A stretch of 64,000 nt of DNA, from the NCBI GenBank assembly GCA_037446115.1, contig JBBIJF010000002.1, positions 204,994 to 268,993 on the forward strand, given 5' to 3'. Source of the DNA: Acidobacteriota bacterium. Lineage in GTDB: Bacteria > Acidobacteriota > Terriglobia > Bryobacterales > Bryobacteraceae. The notes under the pieces are model-generated. The model searched no databases. It saw nothing but the letters and a program-made list of their open reading frames with translations, and had not been told where the DNA came from. Positions 28,746 to 37,772 of the stretch are shown piece after piece. How positions within the stretch are numbered: position 1 is the first letter of the stretch; every line of letters begins with the position of its first letter. The translations under genes were made by a program, and so were the position numbers.

Positions 28746-29675
28746 CTACTGACTTACTGAGCGACCCTGGGCGGCAGCCGTGAGGATGGCTAAGGCGATG
28801 GAGTGAATCTTTGTCTCGGGTGTCTCGGCCCGGGACAGCAGAATCAGAGGGACGCGCGCGCCGACTACGATGCCGCCGGAGCGAGCCTGGGCGAAGTACA
28901 CGATGGCGCGGTAGAGGATGTTGGCGGCCTCGATATCCGGGGCGATAAAGATGTCGGTATTTTCGACCAGGGGGCTTTCGATACCCTTCCGTTCGGCGGC
29001 GAAGCGGCTGAGCGGGACGTCCAGAGCCAGCGGACCGTCCAGGTAGGCGCCGGAGATCTGCCCGCGGCGGTTCATCTGCGTCAGGGCGGCGGCATCCACC
29101 GTGGCGGGCATTTCCGGATTGACGAACTCCAGGGCGGCCAGCAGGGCGACATTGGGCTTTTCCACACCAAGGGCGTGGGCGACCTCGATGGCGTTGCGGC
29201 AAATCTCCGCCTTTTGCTCGAGGGTGGGGGCGATGTTGATGGCGGCGTCGCTCAGAAACATCAGCCGGTAGACGCCGGGGACCTGAAAGACGATGACCTG
29301 GCTGAGGAGCCGGCCGGTGCGGAGGCCGGATTCCCGATCGAGCACGGCGCGCACCAGCGTGGCAGTGCTCACCTTGCCCTTCATCAGCAGCCGCGCATGG
29401 CCGTCGCGCACCAAGGCGATGGCGCGGCGCACGGCGGCGCCGTCGTCAGGCTCGTGGATGATCTGACTCTCGGGCAGATCGAACCACACCGAGCGCGCCA
29501 GCGCACGGATCCGCGAGGCGTCACCGACCAGAGTGCCTTCCGCCAGCCCCATTTCGCGCGCCTGCTTGAGGGCTTCGATGACGTCCGGATCGTGACCCGC
29601 CGCCACGGCGATGCGCACAGGGCCCTTGCGTCGGGCGGCGTCCACCATTGCGTCGAGACTGCGGAATCCGCTCAC
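28746..29675 (-). CDS. phosphate acetyl/butyryl transferase family protein (Pta/Ptb)
   Basis: 309 aa, full-length resemblance to phosphate butyryltransferase (PTA_PTB family), e.g. N-terminal ...RIAVAAGHDPDVIEALKQAREMGL and C-terminal ...IAPDIEAANILYRAIVYFAQA. Confidence 0.7.
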   Translation of the reverse strand: MSGFRSLDAMVDAARRKGPVRIAVAAGHDPDVIEALKQAREMGLAEGTLVGDASRIRALARSVWFDLPESQIIHEPDDGAAVRRAIALVRDGHARLLMKGKVSTATLVRAVLDRESGLRTGRLLSQVIVFQVPGVYRLMFLSDAAINIAPTLEQKAEICRNAIEVAHALGVEKPNVALLAALEFVNPEMPATVDAAALTQMNRRGQISGAYLDGPLALDVPLSRFAAERKGIESPLVENTDIFIAPDIEAANILYRAIVYFAQARSGGIVVGARVPLILLSRAETPETKIHSIALAILTAAAQGRSVSQ

Positions 29676-30526
29676 TCGGCCACCACGGGGTTGCGCAGTT
29701 CCCCCAGACCCTGGATGCGCACCACCACCTCGTCGCCCGGCTTGAGAAACCGCGGGGGCTTGCGGGCGAAGCCGACGCCGGGCGGGGTTCCCGTCGAGAC
29801 CACGTCGCCCGGTTCGAGGGTGAAGACGCTCGACAGAAAGGCGATGAGCTCCGGGATTCGGAAGATGAACTGGCGGGTGTTGGAATGCTGGAGGACTTCG
29901 CCGTTAATTTCGCAGGCGATGTCGAGCCCGTGCGGGTCCGCGATCTCATCGGCGGTGACCAGCCAGGGGCCCATGGGCGCGAAGGTATCGAAGGTTTTGC
30001 CCATGAGCCACTGGGTCGTGGCCATCTGGTAGTCGCGGGCGCTGACATCGTTGAAGTTGGTGTAGCCGAAGACGTGTTCCTCCCAGCGCGTCGCGGGGAT
30101 GTGCCGGCCGCCTTTTCCGATGACGAAGGCCAGTTCGGCTTCATAGTCGGGCTGGGAGGAGGAGCGCGGCAACACGATGGGCTCGCCGGGTCCGATGACG
30201 GCCGTGGAGAATTTCGAAAAGATGGTCGGCACCTTGGGGATCGGCAGACCGGATTCGGCGGCGTGGTCGGCGAAGTTCAAGCCGACGCAGATAATCTTGG
30301 GCGGGCGGGGAATGGGGGCCCGCAGCGTCACCGCCGAGAGCTCCGCGAAGGCCGAAGCGGGCGCCGCAGCGGCGAAATGCGCGATACGGCGCCGGGCCTC
30401 GTCGCCCCCGGCGATGACGCTGAGCAGGTCAGGGAAGCCGGCGCCGCCAAGTCCCAGCACCCGGCCGTCGGTGATCAGGCCCGGCTCAGGCGGAGCACCC
30501 GGACGTTGAAACGTGACCAACTTCAT
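29672..30526 (-). CDS. fumarylacetoacetate hydrolase (FAH) family protein
   Basis: FAH fold signature (GLNFADHAAE...PTIFSKF...GEPIVLP...DYEAELAFVIGK...). Confidence 0.75.
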   Translation of the reverse strand: MKLVTFQRPGAPPEPGLITDGRVLGLGGAGFPDLLSVIAGGDEARRRIAHFAAAAPASAFAELSAVTLRAPIPRPPKIICVGLNFADHAAESGLPIPKVPTIFSKFSTAVIGPGEPIVLPRSSSQPDYEAELAFVIGKGGRHIPATRWEEHVFGYTNFNDVSARDYQMATTQWLMGKTFDTFAPMGPWLVTADEIADPHGLDIACEINGEVLQHSNTRQFIFRIPELIAFLSSVFTLEPGDVVSTGTPPGVGFARKPPRFLKPGDEVVVRIQGLGELRNPVVAE

Positions 30527-30663
30527 CCGGCAGGATTCCTTTCGAAAGCGAGTATTGTAGCACCGGGACTGCGCAGCGCCGGGCGCGGCGAGCGCCCTCG
30601 TGGCTGCGGAAATTGACTTGTCCTCGGCGCTCCGGTACACTTGGGCTGCTAAGGATAGATCAT

Positions 30664-31206
30664 GTGAGCACCTGGTGGTCGCAGGTCTCGGCCTTTGGCG
30701 TGTTCCTGGGCATTGCCGGGGTCGGATTTCTCTTTCTGGTACTCTCCTTCCTCTTCGGAGAGATCTTCGAGCACTTCGGCGCGGATCTGCATCACGACTG
30801 GGACCAGGCCGGTCCGAGCTTTTTCAGCCCGCGCGTGCTGAGCGTGTTTGTCACCGCCTTCGGAGGGCTCGGCGCCGTGGCCGTCTACTACGGACTGTCC
30901 ACGCCGGCCGCCTCCGGCGTGGGCTTCGCCGGAGGTTTGTTCTTTGCCACCCTCATCTACCTGTTCGCGCGCTTTTTGTACGGACAGCAGGCCACCACGC
31001 GTATCGAAAGCCAGGACGTCGTAGGCCGGACGGCGCGCGTCGTGGTGGCCATCCCGGCAGGAGGAGTGGGGCAGGTGCGATGCCAGATCGGCGAGGAGGT
31101 CGTGGACAAGATCGCACGCGCCCGTTCCGGCGAGGCCATCCCCGCCAACGCCATCGTGCGCATCGAGGAAGTGCTGGGCGAAGTCGTGATTGTGCGTCCT
31201 CAATAG
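30664..31206 (+). CDS. NfeD-family membrane protein (TM N-terminus + C-terminal OB-fold)
   Basis: GTG start 30664 with AAGGA RBS; hydrophobic N-terminus, C-terminal OB-like GRTARVVVAIPAGGVGQVRCQIGEEVV; immediately upstream of flotillin. Confidence 0.6.
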   Translation: MSTWWSQVSAFGVFLGIAGVGFLFLVLSFLFGEIFEHFGADLHHDWDQAGPSFFSPRVLSVFVTAFGGLGAVAVYYGLSTPAASGVGFAGGLFFATLIYLFARFLYGQQATTRIESQDVVGRTARVVVAIPAGGVGQVRCQIGEEVVDKIARARSGEAIPANAIVRIEEVLGEVVIVRPQ

Positions 31207-31217
31207 GAGGTGACGCC

Positions 31218-32783
31218 ATGTCGCAACTGCTGCTGCCGTTTATCGTGCTGCTGGTCCTGCTGGCGTTTTTCATCGCCATGGGACTCTTCAGCCGCAACTA
31301 CATCAAGGTCCCGCCGAATCTGGTGGCCGTACTGAGCGGGCGCAAGCGCAAATTGCCCGACGGGCGAGTGGTGGGCTACCGCCTGGTGCGCGGCGGGGCG
31401 GCGCTGCGGATCCCGCTTCTGGAAAAGGTAGACTATCTCTCCCTCAACGTGTTCACCATCCCGCTGGAAATCAAGCGGGCCTACACGCTGCACGGGGTCC
31501 CGGTTTCGGTGAAGGCCATCGCCAACGTGAAGATCCGCAGCGACGAGACGTCGCTGCACGCGGCGGCGGAGCGCTTTCTGGGGATGTCGCTGCAACAGGT
31601 GCAGCAGGTGATCTTCCAGACGCTCGAAGGGCACCTGCGTTCGATCCTGGGCACGCTCACCGTGGAAGAGATCAACAACGACCGCCAGAGCTTCGCCCAG
31701 AAACTGACCAGCGAGGCGGCGGTGGACCTGGAAAAAATGGGCATCGGCGTGGACGTGCTGACGATTCAGGAGATCAGCGACGAAGAGGACTATCTCAATG
31801 CTCTGGGGCGGCGGCGTACGGCGGAAGTCAAGCGCGACGCGGTGATCGGCGAAGCGGAGGCACAACGGGACGCCAAGATCCGCTCCGCGCAGGCGCTTCA
31901 GGAAGGCGAGCGCGCCAAGTTCGCCGCCGACGCGACCATCGCCGAAGCGCAGCGCGACTTCCAGATCAAGCAAGCCCAGTACCAGGCGGAGGTCGAAACC
32001 GAGAAGGCCAAGGCGGCTCAGGCCGGGCCCCTGGCCGAGGCGCGGGCGCGGCAGGCCGTGGTGGCCGAAGAAATCAAGATCGAAAAGACCCGCACGCAGG
32101 AGCTCATCGGCGTACAGGAACAGGAAATCCAGCGCAAGCAGCGGGAACTGGAGGCCACGGTGATCAAGCCCGCAGAGGCTGAGCGCCAGGCCGCCATCGT
32201 GCGCGCGGAAGCAGCCAAACAGGCCGCGGTGCTGGAGGCCGAGGGCCGCCGTGCGGCGCTGATCGCCATGGCGGAGGCCGAGCAGGAGAAGCTGCGCAAG
32301 GAAGGCATCGGACGGGCGGCGGCTCTGGAAGCAGAAGGCAGGGCGGAGGCGGCCAAGATCGAAGCCATCGGGCTGGCCAAGGCCAAAGCCATCGAGGCGC
32401 AGGGGCTGGCGGAGGCGGCGGCCATCCGCCAGAAGGCGGAAGCATGGAAGCAGTTCAACCAGGCCGCCCAGCTTCAGACGATCCTGGAGCGGCTGCCGGC
32501 GATCCTGGAATCCTCGACCGGAATCTTCAGCGCCGTGGCGGCGCCGCTCGGCAACATTGACAAAGTCGTGGTGATTGACCACGGCAACGGCGCTACAGGC
32601 GCCTCCGGGATCGGACGCCTGGCGCAGACCGGACCGTCGGTCGTCTTCGGCCTGCTCCAGCAGCTACAGGCACTTGGCCTGGACGTGCCGGCGATTCTGC
32701 AGCAGCTCGGAATTCGCGCAGCGGACGGCGGAGCGGCTGCGGCGAAGCCTTCCGAGCCGGCTGCCGGACAGCCGGGAGGCTGA
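31218..32783 (+). CDS. flotillin-like SPFH/band-7 protein
   Basis: AGGAGG RBS then ATG 31218; N-terminal TM, SPFH domain, long Ala/Glu-rich coiled coil (EAEGRRAALIAMAEAEQEKLRKEG...). Confidence 0.85.
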   Translation: MSQLLLPFIVLLVLLAFFIAMGLFSRNYIKVPPNLVAVLSGRKRKLPDGRVVGYRLVRGGAALRIPLLEKVDYLSLNVFTIPLEIKRAYTLHGVPVSVKAIANVKIRSDETSLHAAAERFLGMSLQQVQQVIFQTLEGHLRSILGTLTVEEINNDRQSFAQKLTSEAAVDLEKMGIGVDVLTIQEISDEEDYLNALGRRRTAEVKRDAVIGEAEAQRDAKIRSAQALQEGERAKFAADATIAEAQRDFQIKQAQYQAEVETEKAKAAQAGPLAEARARQAVVAEEIKIEKTRTQELIGVQEQEIQRKQRELEATVIKPAEAERQAAIVRAEAAKQAAVLEAEGRRAALIAMAEAEQEKLRKEGIGRAAALEAEGRAEAAKIEAIGLAKAKAIEAQGLAEAAAIRQKAEAWKQFNQAAQLQTILERLPAILESSTGIFSAVAAPLGNIDKVVVIDHGNGATGASGIGRLAQTGPSVVFGLLQQLQALGLDVPAILQQLGIRAADGGAAAAKPSEPAAGQPGG

Positions 32784-32786
32784 GCG

Positions 32787-33233
32787 GTGAAGGAAGTGTA
32801 CCGAACCGGCACCCGTTCCACGGGCGAGGCGGACACGCTGGTGCTCCATTGCAGCGATCCGCGGTTCCAAGGGCATTTCCAGGAGTTTCTGCGCGAACAG
32901 CTCGGGACCGAGCGCTACGGTCTGGTGGCGGTGCCCGGCGGGCCGCAGTTTCTCACGCTGGTGGATTACCTGCCGAAGTTTTCCTGGGCCGGCTGGCGCT
33001 GGCTGAAGTTTCTGGTGGACTTGGCCAAACCGAAACGTGTGATCCTGATCGCCCACGAGGACTGCCGGTGGTACATCGAAGGACGTTTTGTGCAGCGCGG
33101 CAGCCTGCGTGAACGGCAGATCCACGATCTCGAACACGTGCGCCGGGCCATCCGCGAGCGATTTCCGGGCGTCGCCGTCGAGACGTACTTCGCACGCCTG
33201 GACAACGGCGCCGGCGTGTTCGAAGCCGTCTGA
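32787..33233 (+). CDS. hypothetical protein with beta-carbonic-anhydrase-like metal-ligand motifs (CSDPR ... HEDC)
   Basis: 148 aa; LVLHCSDPRF and IAHEDCRWY resemble CxDxR/HxxC zinc ligands; starts 4 nt after flotillin stop. Confidence 0.4.
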   Translation: MKEVYRTGTRSTGEADTLVLHCSDPRFQGHFQEFLREQLGTERYGLVAVPGGPQFLTLVDYLPKFSWAGWRWLKFLVDLAKPKRVILIAHEDCRWYIEGRFVQRGSLRERQIHDLEHVRRAIRERFPGVAVETYFARLDNGAGVFEAV

Positions 33234-33268
33234 GCCCCGCTCCGGCGACCGGGCGGCCGGAGCGGGAG

Positions 33269-34204
33269 TTGCGGACTTTCGGAGTGCAGGTGCGGCGGCG
33301 GGACTTTCTGGCCGCGCTCGTTCAAGCGGGCGCCGGCATCCGAGTGGAAGGCAGCATCCTTGTGCACGAGCATGTGCTCGTGGACTTCATCGGAGCAGAC
33401 CGCATCGGGCCCGGCCGCTACGACCCGGAAGAAGTTTTCCGCGTAGCCCTGCCCAAGCTCGAAGAGGTGCGGCGGTACGGCTGCCGGCGACTGCTCGAGT
33501 GCACGCCCGAGTTCATCGGCCGCGATCCGCAACTGATGGACCGACTGGCACGGGCCGCCGGTCTGGAGATCTGGGTCAACACGGGTATCTACGGTGCGGC
33601 GAACCATAAGTTTGTCCCGGCTTTCGCGCAGCGACAGACGGCCGATGAACTGGCGGAGCGCTTCGTCAAAGAATGGCGGGAAGGTGTGGATGGCATCCGG
33701 CCGCGGTTCATCAAGACCGGCGTGAACAAAGGTCCGCTCAACGAGCTGGATCGCAAACTCGTCCGCGCGGCCGCCATGGCTTCGCGTCAAATGGGCCTCA
33801 CGATCGCCTCCCATACCGGCGACGGCCGCGCCGCTCTGGAGCAGATCGAGCTCATGGCCGCAAGCGGCGTTGCGCCCTCGAAGTTCGTCTGGGTTCACGC
33901 CCAGAACGAAAAAGATCACAGCTTCCACGAACAGGCGGGCCGGGCAGGGGCGTGGGTGGAATTCGACGGCATCGCCTCGGAGACTGCCGACTGGCACCTG
34001 GAGTGCGTCCGTTTCATGGCGGAAAAAGGACTGCTCGGCCGGACGCTCATCTCGCAGGACTCAGGCTGGTACCACGTGGGCGAGCCGGGAGGCGGCCGCT
34101 ACCGCGGCTATACCTACATCTACACCGGTTTTCTCCCCCGCCTGGATCCGTCCTGGATCCGCGTGCTGCTGCGCGACAACCCGGTGCAGGCCTTCGGCGA
34201 CTGA
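33269..34204 (+). CDS. phosphotriesterase-related (PTE/Php family) amidohydrolase, possible Tat signal
   Basis: LVHEHVLVDF (HxH), ...HTGDG..., ...VWVHAQ..., SQDSGWYHVGE typical of PTE family metal ligands. Confidence 0.7.
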   Translation: MRTFGVQVRRRDFLAALVQAGAGIRVEGSILVHEHVLVDFIGADRIGPGRYDPEEVFRVALPKLEEVRRYGCRRLLECTPEFIGRDPQLMDRLARAAGLEIWVNTGIYGAANHKFVPAFAQRQTADELAERFVKEWREGVDGIRPRFIKTGVNKGPLNELDRKLVRAAAMASRQMGLTIASHTGDGRAALEQIELMAASGVAPSKFVWVHAQNEKDHSFHEQAGRAGAWVEFDGIASETADWHLECVRFMAEKGLLGRTLISQDSGWYHVGEPGGGRYRGYTYIYTGFLPRLDPSWIRVLLRDNPVQAFGD

Positions 34205-34228
34205 GAGCCGTGCGCCGGGCGGAAAAGC

Positions 34229-35113
34229 TCATCCGCGGAGATCGCGAAAGGCCTCTTCGATCTCGCGCCGGGCTTCCGGGCCGGGCACGGTAAGCGGCAG
34301 GCGTGGCGGCCCGCCGTAGTAGCCCATCAGATCCATGGCGTATTTGAGGCCCCCAATACCATACTTCACGGTCACCAGCCGCGCGGGGTGTGCGATCCGT
34401 TGCTGCCAGTCGAGGGCCGCCTCGGTCTGGCGGGTGCGGTGGCTCTCCCAGATGGTGATGCAGGCGTAGGGAGCCGCGTTGGCGAAGGCGAGCACCGCGC
34501 CTGCGGCGCCGACGGCCAGCGAGGGGGCCAAGGTGGGCGCCGAACCCACCAGGACCTGGAAACCGGGCCTGACCTCCCGCACCATCTGCATCACTTTTTC
34601 CAGGTTCCCGGAGCTTTCTTTGATCGCGGTGATATTGGGATGGTGAGAGAGCTCCGCGACCGTTTCCGCCGGAATGTCCACGCCCGTGGTCTGGGGCCAA
34701 TTATAAATCATGATCGGTATGCGACTCTGATCGGCCACGGCCCGAAAAAAAACCGCCTGGACCTCGCCCCGGCTCACTAAGTTCTTGTAGTAATGAGGGG
34801 TGCGCACCATAGCGGCCTTGTAGCCGAGTTCGGCCGCCCGGTTGGTCAGCGCCACGGTTTCGCGCACGCTTTCCATGCCGGTTCCGGCAATGAGCAACTT
34901 CTCCGGCGCGGCATATTCCGCAGCCCATTCCCAAAGACGAACCTTCTCCTCGGAGGTGAGCATGACGCTTTCGCCCGTGGAGCCGCAGACCACATAGCCG
35001 GCGAGCGCCGTCTGGTTCCACTTCTCCAGGTTGTGCCGGAGTTTGGCCTTGTAGAGGTCGCCGTTGTGGTCGAAGGGTGTGGCGATGGGTACGAAGATAC
35101 CCTGAAGCTTCAT
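34229..35113 (-). CDS. dihydrodipicolinate synthase family aldolase (DapA-like)
   Basis: GIFVPIATPFDHNGDLY...GYVVCGSTGESVMLT...class I aldolase Lys region; ATG 35111-35113. Confidence 0.75.
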   Translation of the reverse strand: MKLQGIFVPIATPFDHNGDLYKAKLRHNLEKWNQTALAGYVVCGSTGESVMLTSEEKVRLWEWAAEYAAPEKLLIAGTGMESVRETVALTNRAAELGYKAAMVRTPHYYKNLVSRGEVQAVFFRAVADQSRIPIMIYNWPQTTGVDIPAETVAELSHHPNITAIKESSGNLEKVMQMVREVRPGFQVLVGSAPTLAPSLAVGAAGAVLAFANAAPYACITIWESHRTRQTEAALDWQQRIAHPARLVTVKYGIGGLKYAMDLMGYYGGPPRLPLTVPGPEARREIEEAFRDLRG

Positions 35114-35160
35114 CAAAAAGACGGGGGACAGACTGCCGGCAGGAGCCTGTCCCCGGATTC
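35113..35160 (-). terminator. rho-independent terminator after atpE (8-bp stem GGGGACAG/CUGUCCCC then GUCUUUUUG)
   Basis: Perfect inverted repeat 35124-35131/35146-35153, U-tract runs into the start codon of the next gene. Confidence 0.6.
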
Positions 35161-35163
35161 CGC

Positions 35164-35460
35164 TTAGACGACCTTCAAGAAGATGATCGCCAGCGTGTAC
35201 AGGGCCAGCGATTCAATCAGCACGAGGCCGAAGATCAGGGCGAACCGGATCGCTCCGGCCGCCGAAGGATTGCGCGCCATGCCCTCTGCGGAGGCGGCCA
35301 CGGCCTTGGCCTGCGCCAGTCCGCACAGACCCGAAGCAAAAGCCATGGAGAAACCGGAGGTGATGGCCACCCAGTTGGGACCGCCCTGCTGCGTCTGCGC
35401 CAGAACCGGGCTGGCGAGCAGGAGCAAAGCAGCCAGCGTCAGCATCAGCTTGACTTTCAT
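35164..35460 (-). CDS. atpE: F0F1 ATP synthase subunit c
   Basis: GLCGLAQAKAVAASAEGMARNP...IFGLVLIESLALYTLAI, with essential carboxylate in second helix; N-terminal extension. Confidence 0.8.
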   Translation of the reverse strand: MKVKLMLTLAALLLLASPVLAQTQQGGPNWVAITSGFSMAFASGLCGLAQAKAVAASAEGMARNPSAAGAIRFALIFGLVLIESLALYTLAIIFLKVV

Positions 35461-35619
35461 CGTCGTGAGTCTCCTTGTGTGAAATATGAACCGCCCCAGG
35501 AGGTGGTTCCCGTCATCCTCTTGCAGCCGGGCTCACACTGGAGGGCGGGATGAAGCCGGAATCAACCCGTATCGTCGGCAGAGGGCGTCGCCGGGACCCG
35601 TCCGCCCGGAACCCCCTTG

Positions 35620-36357
35620 TCAATGCTCATGTTCGACCGCACTGGAGACGTAGATCATCGTCAGCAGGGCGAAGACAAAGGCCTGCAGGAAGGAAACGAA
35701 AACGTGCAGGCCCATGAAGATCGCCGGGATCGCCACCGGGATCAGACTCAAGAACACGAGCGTCACCTGCTCGCCGGCGAACATGTTGGCATAAAGACGG
35801 ACCGTCAGGGAAAGCAGGCGCCCGGTGTGGCTGATGATCTCGATGGGAATCATCAGCGGCGCCATGACTTTGATCGGGCCGGCGAAGTGCGCCAGGTATC
35901 CGCCCACGCCGTGGGCTTTGAACCCCATCAGGTTGTAGTAAAGAAAAGTGACCAGGGCGCACCCGAGCGGTACCGGAGCAAACATCGTTGGCGACTCGAA
36001 CCCTGGAATGATCCCGATCAGGTTGCAGAACAGAATGAACAAAAAGATCGTGCTGAACAGGTGCACGTACCGGGGCCCGTCGTGACCGACCACGTCCTCG
36101 GCCTGGCCGCGTAAGAAGCCGTAAATGATCTCGAAGCAGTGTTGCAGCTTGCCGGGCCGGTCCACGGAAAGTCGGGGGCGCAGCGCGGCAAACAGGACGA
36201 GCACGACGGCCACCACCAGCACTTGCATGGCCACGTAGTTGGCCCACGGCTTCTCCGGATTCTCCGCATGCAGGCCCACCCAGCCCAGGAGGGTGTTGGC
36301 GAAGCCGGCGCAATAGCGGTTCAGCAACGCCGTGAACCAGAGCTCATGCTCGGGCAT
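35620..36357 (-). CDS. atpB: F0F1 ATP synthase subunit a
   Basis: SLTVRLYANMFAGE (conserved Arg helix) and C-terminal ...ALLTMIYVSSA. Confidence 0.85.
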   Translation of the reverse strand: MPEHELWFTALLNRYCAGFANTLLGWVGLHAENPEKPWANYVAMQVLVVAVVLVLFAALRPRLSVDRPGKLQHCFEIIYGFLRGQAEDVVGHDGPRYVHLFSTIFLFILFCNLIGIIPGFESPTMFAPVPLGCALVTFLYYNLMGFKAHGVGGYLAHFAGPIKVMAPLMIPIEIISHTGRLLSLTVRLYANMFAGEQVTLVFLSLIPVAIPAIFMGLHVFVSFLQAFVFALLTMIYVSSAVEHEH

Positions 36358-36727
36358 AGACAAGCTCGTAGAGGATTTCCACAATAACCGCGGCAGCGGC
36401 CACGAACAAGCCGAGAATCGCGGCCGTCAGGTTCAATCCGAAATATCTCACTATAACATAGCCCGCAAGACCGAACAGGAGGTAGCGCAGCGAAAGAAAA
36501 GCGAACAGCCGGCGAGAGGGGCGGCGGCCGCCCGGGCCGAGCGAGGCCACCAGTTGATGCAGCCAGCTGAAATTGAGGAAGGAAACCAAGGCCCCGGCCA
36601 GAAAGCCGACGCCCCACTCCCACCCCCGCAGCGTAGCTGCGGCCAGCGCTCCCGTCACGGTGAGCAACGCCATGAAAGCCCGCAGCCGGCGCATGGCGCG
36701 GTCAAAGGCCGCTTCGTCCGTGTCCAT
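36344..36727 (-). CDS. ATP synthase protein I-like small membrane protein
   Basis: 127 aa, four hydrophobic helices, position immediately upstream of atpB. Confidence 0.45.
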   Translation of the reverse strand: MDTDEAAFDRAMRRLRAFMALLTVTGALAAATLRGWEWGVGFLAGALVSFLNFSWLHQLVASLGPGGRRPSRRLFAFLSLRYLLFGLAGYVIVRYFGLNLTAAILGLFVAAAAVIVEILYELVYARA

Positions 36728-36938
36728 TGTCCCGCGAGTCTTTCTGAACCTGGCGCAGCAGCTGGAGAAACCCCGAGACGATGCCCAGCACCAGAAAGAC
36801 GGGTTTCAGAAATGAGGTCCCCAACGCGCGATCCAGCAGATAACCGATGAGATACCCCGCCACCGTGGCGGCGGGCAGCAGGAAGGCAAGGGAGGTGTAC
36901 TCGCCGATCATCACCCACCAGCTCTTGTTCCGCTTCAT
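36702..36938 (-). CDS. AtpZ/AtpI-family small membrane protein (putative F0F1-ATPase associated)
   Basis: MKRNKSWWVMIGEYTSLAFLLPAATVAGYLIGYLLD...; 78 aa, two TM helices. Confidence 0.4.
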   Translation of the reverse strand: MKRNKSWWVMIGEYTSLAFLLPAATVAGYLIGYLLDRALGTSFLKPVFLVLGIVSGFLQLLRQVQKDSRDNGHGRSGL

Positions 36939-37762
36939 GGCCTCGCGCGCCGGCCCTCGAGGATGTGGCGCGCGCGCCCGGCGGTTTCGTGCACCAGGAA
37001 ACCCATCTTCGGGTGCGCGGGCTCCACGTCCGGTTTCAGGCCGTATTCTTCCAGCATTTCCGTGGTCGTCGGACCGATGGAGCCGATGACCGCCCGCCGG
37101 AGTCCTTCGCGAACAGCCTCCTCCAGCCCCTCGGCAGCCGCGACGCGGAAGAGGTGCTCCACCTGAACCGAAGTGGTGAACAGTACCACGTCGGCCGCTC
37201 CGGCGGCGATGCGCCGTACGGCCTCCCGCAGCGGACCGGTGTCCTCCGGCAGATCCCACTGGTAGACCCGGACCGGGGTGACCTCACGGCCCTGGGCCCG
37301 CAGGCCGGCCACGAGTTCGGGATTGGAGCGGCCATACTCCTGGAGCGCGACGTGTCTCTCGGGCCGGCCGGCCACGGCTGCCAGCAGTTCCCGCCAGGTG
37401 TTCGGTTCCGGGACCGCAACCGTGACAGGGACATTCATCTCTTTGAGCGCCGCGGCGGGCTTGGGCCCGCGGGCCACCACAGTGATGCGGCGCAACGCCT
37501 CGGCAAGGCGTTCCGGCGGGTAGCGTCCGGCCAGCACACGCGCCAGCAGACGGGTCCCCACTCCGGTGAGAAAGATGATCATGTCGAAGGCGCCGGCGAA
37601 GAGGCGCGCGGCAAAGCGAAACGCCTCTTCGTTGTTTTCAATGGGGACTTCCCGCATCGAAGGGGCCACGAAAGGCTCGCCGTCCAGGCTGCGGATGAGC
37701 GCGCCCATCTCCGCAGCGCGCCGGCTCTCCAGGCTGATCACCCTGAGTCCGGCGAATGACAT
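36935..37762 (-). CDS. hemD: uroporphyrinogen-III synthase
   Basis: 275-aa two-lobed HemD fold (RVISLESRRAAEMGALIRSLDGEPF...VVLFTTSVQVEHLFRVA). Confidence 0.7.
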   Translation of the reverse strand: MSFAGLRVISLESRRAAEMGALIRSLDGEPFVAPSMREVPIENNEEAFRFAARLFAGAFDMIIFLTGVGTRLLARVLAGRYPPERLAEALRRITVVARGPKPAAALKEMNVPVTVAVPEPNTWRELLAAVAGRPERHVALQEYGRSNPELVAGLRAQGREVTPVRVYQWDLPEDTGPLREAVRRIAAGAADVVLFTTSVQVEHLFRVAAAEGLEEAVREGLRRAVIGSIGPTTTEMLEEYGLKPDVEPAHPKMGFLVHETAGRARHILEGRRARP

Positions 37763-37772
37763 GACCTGCAAG

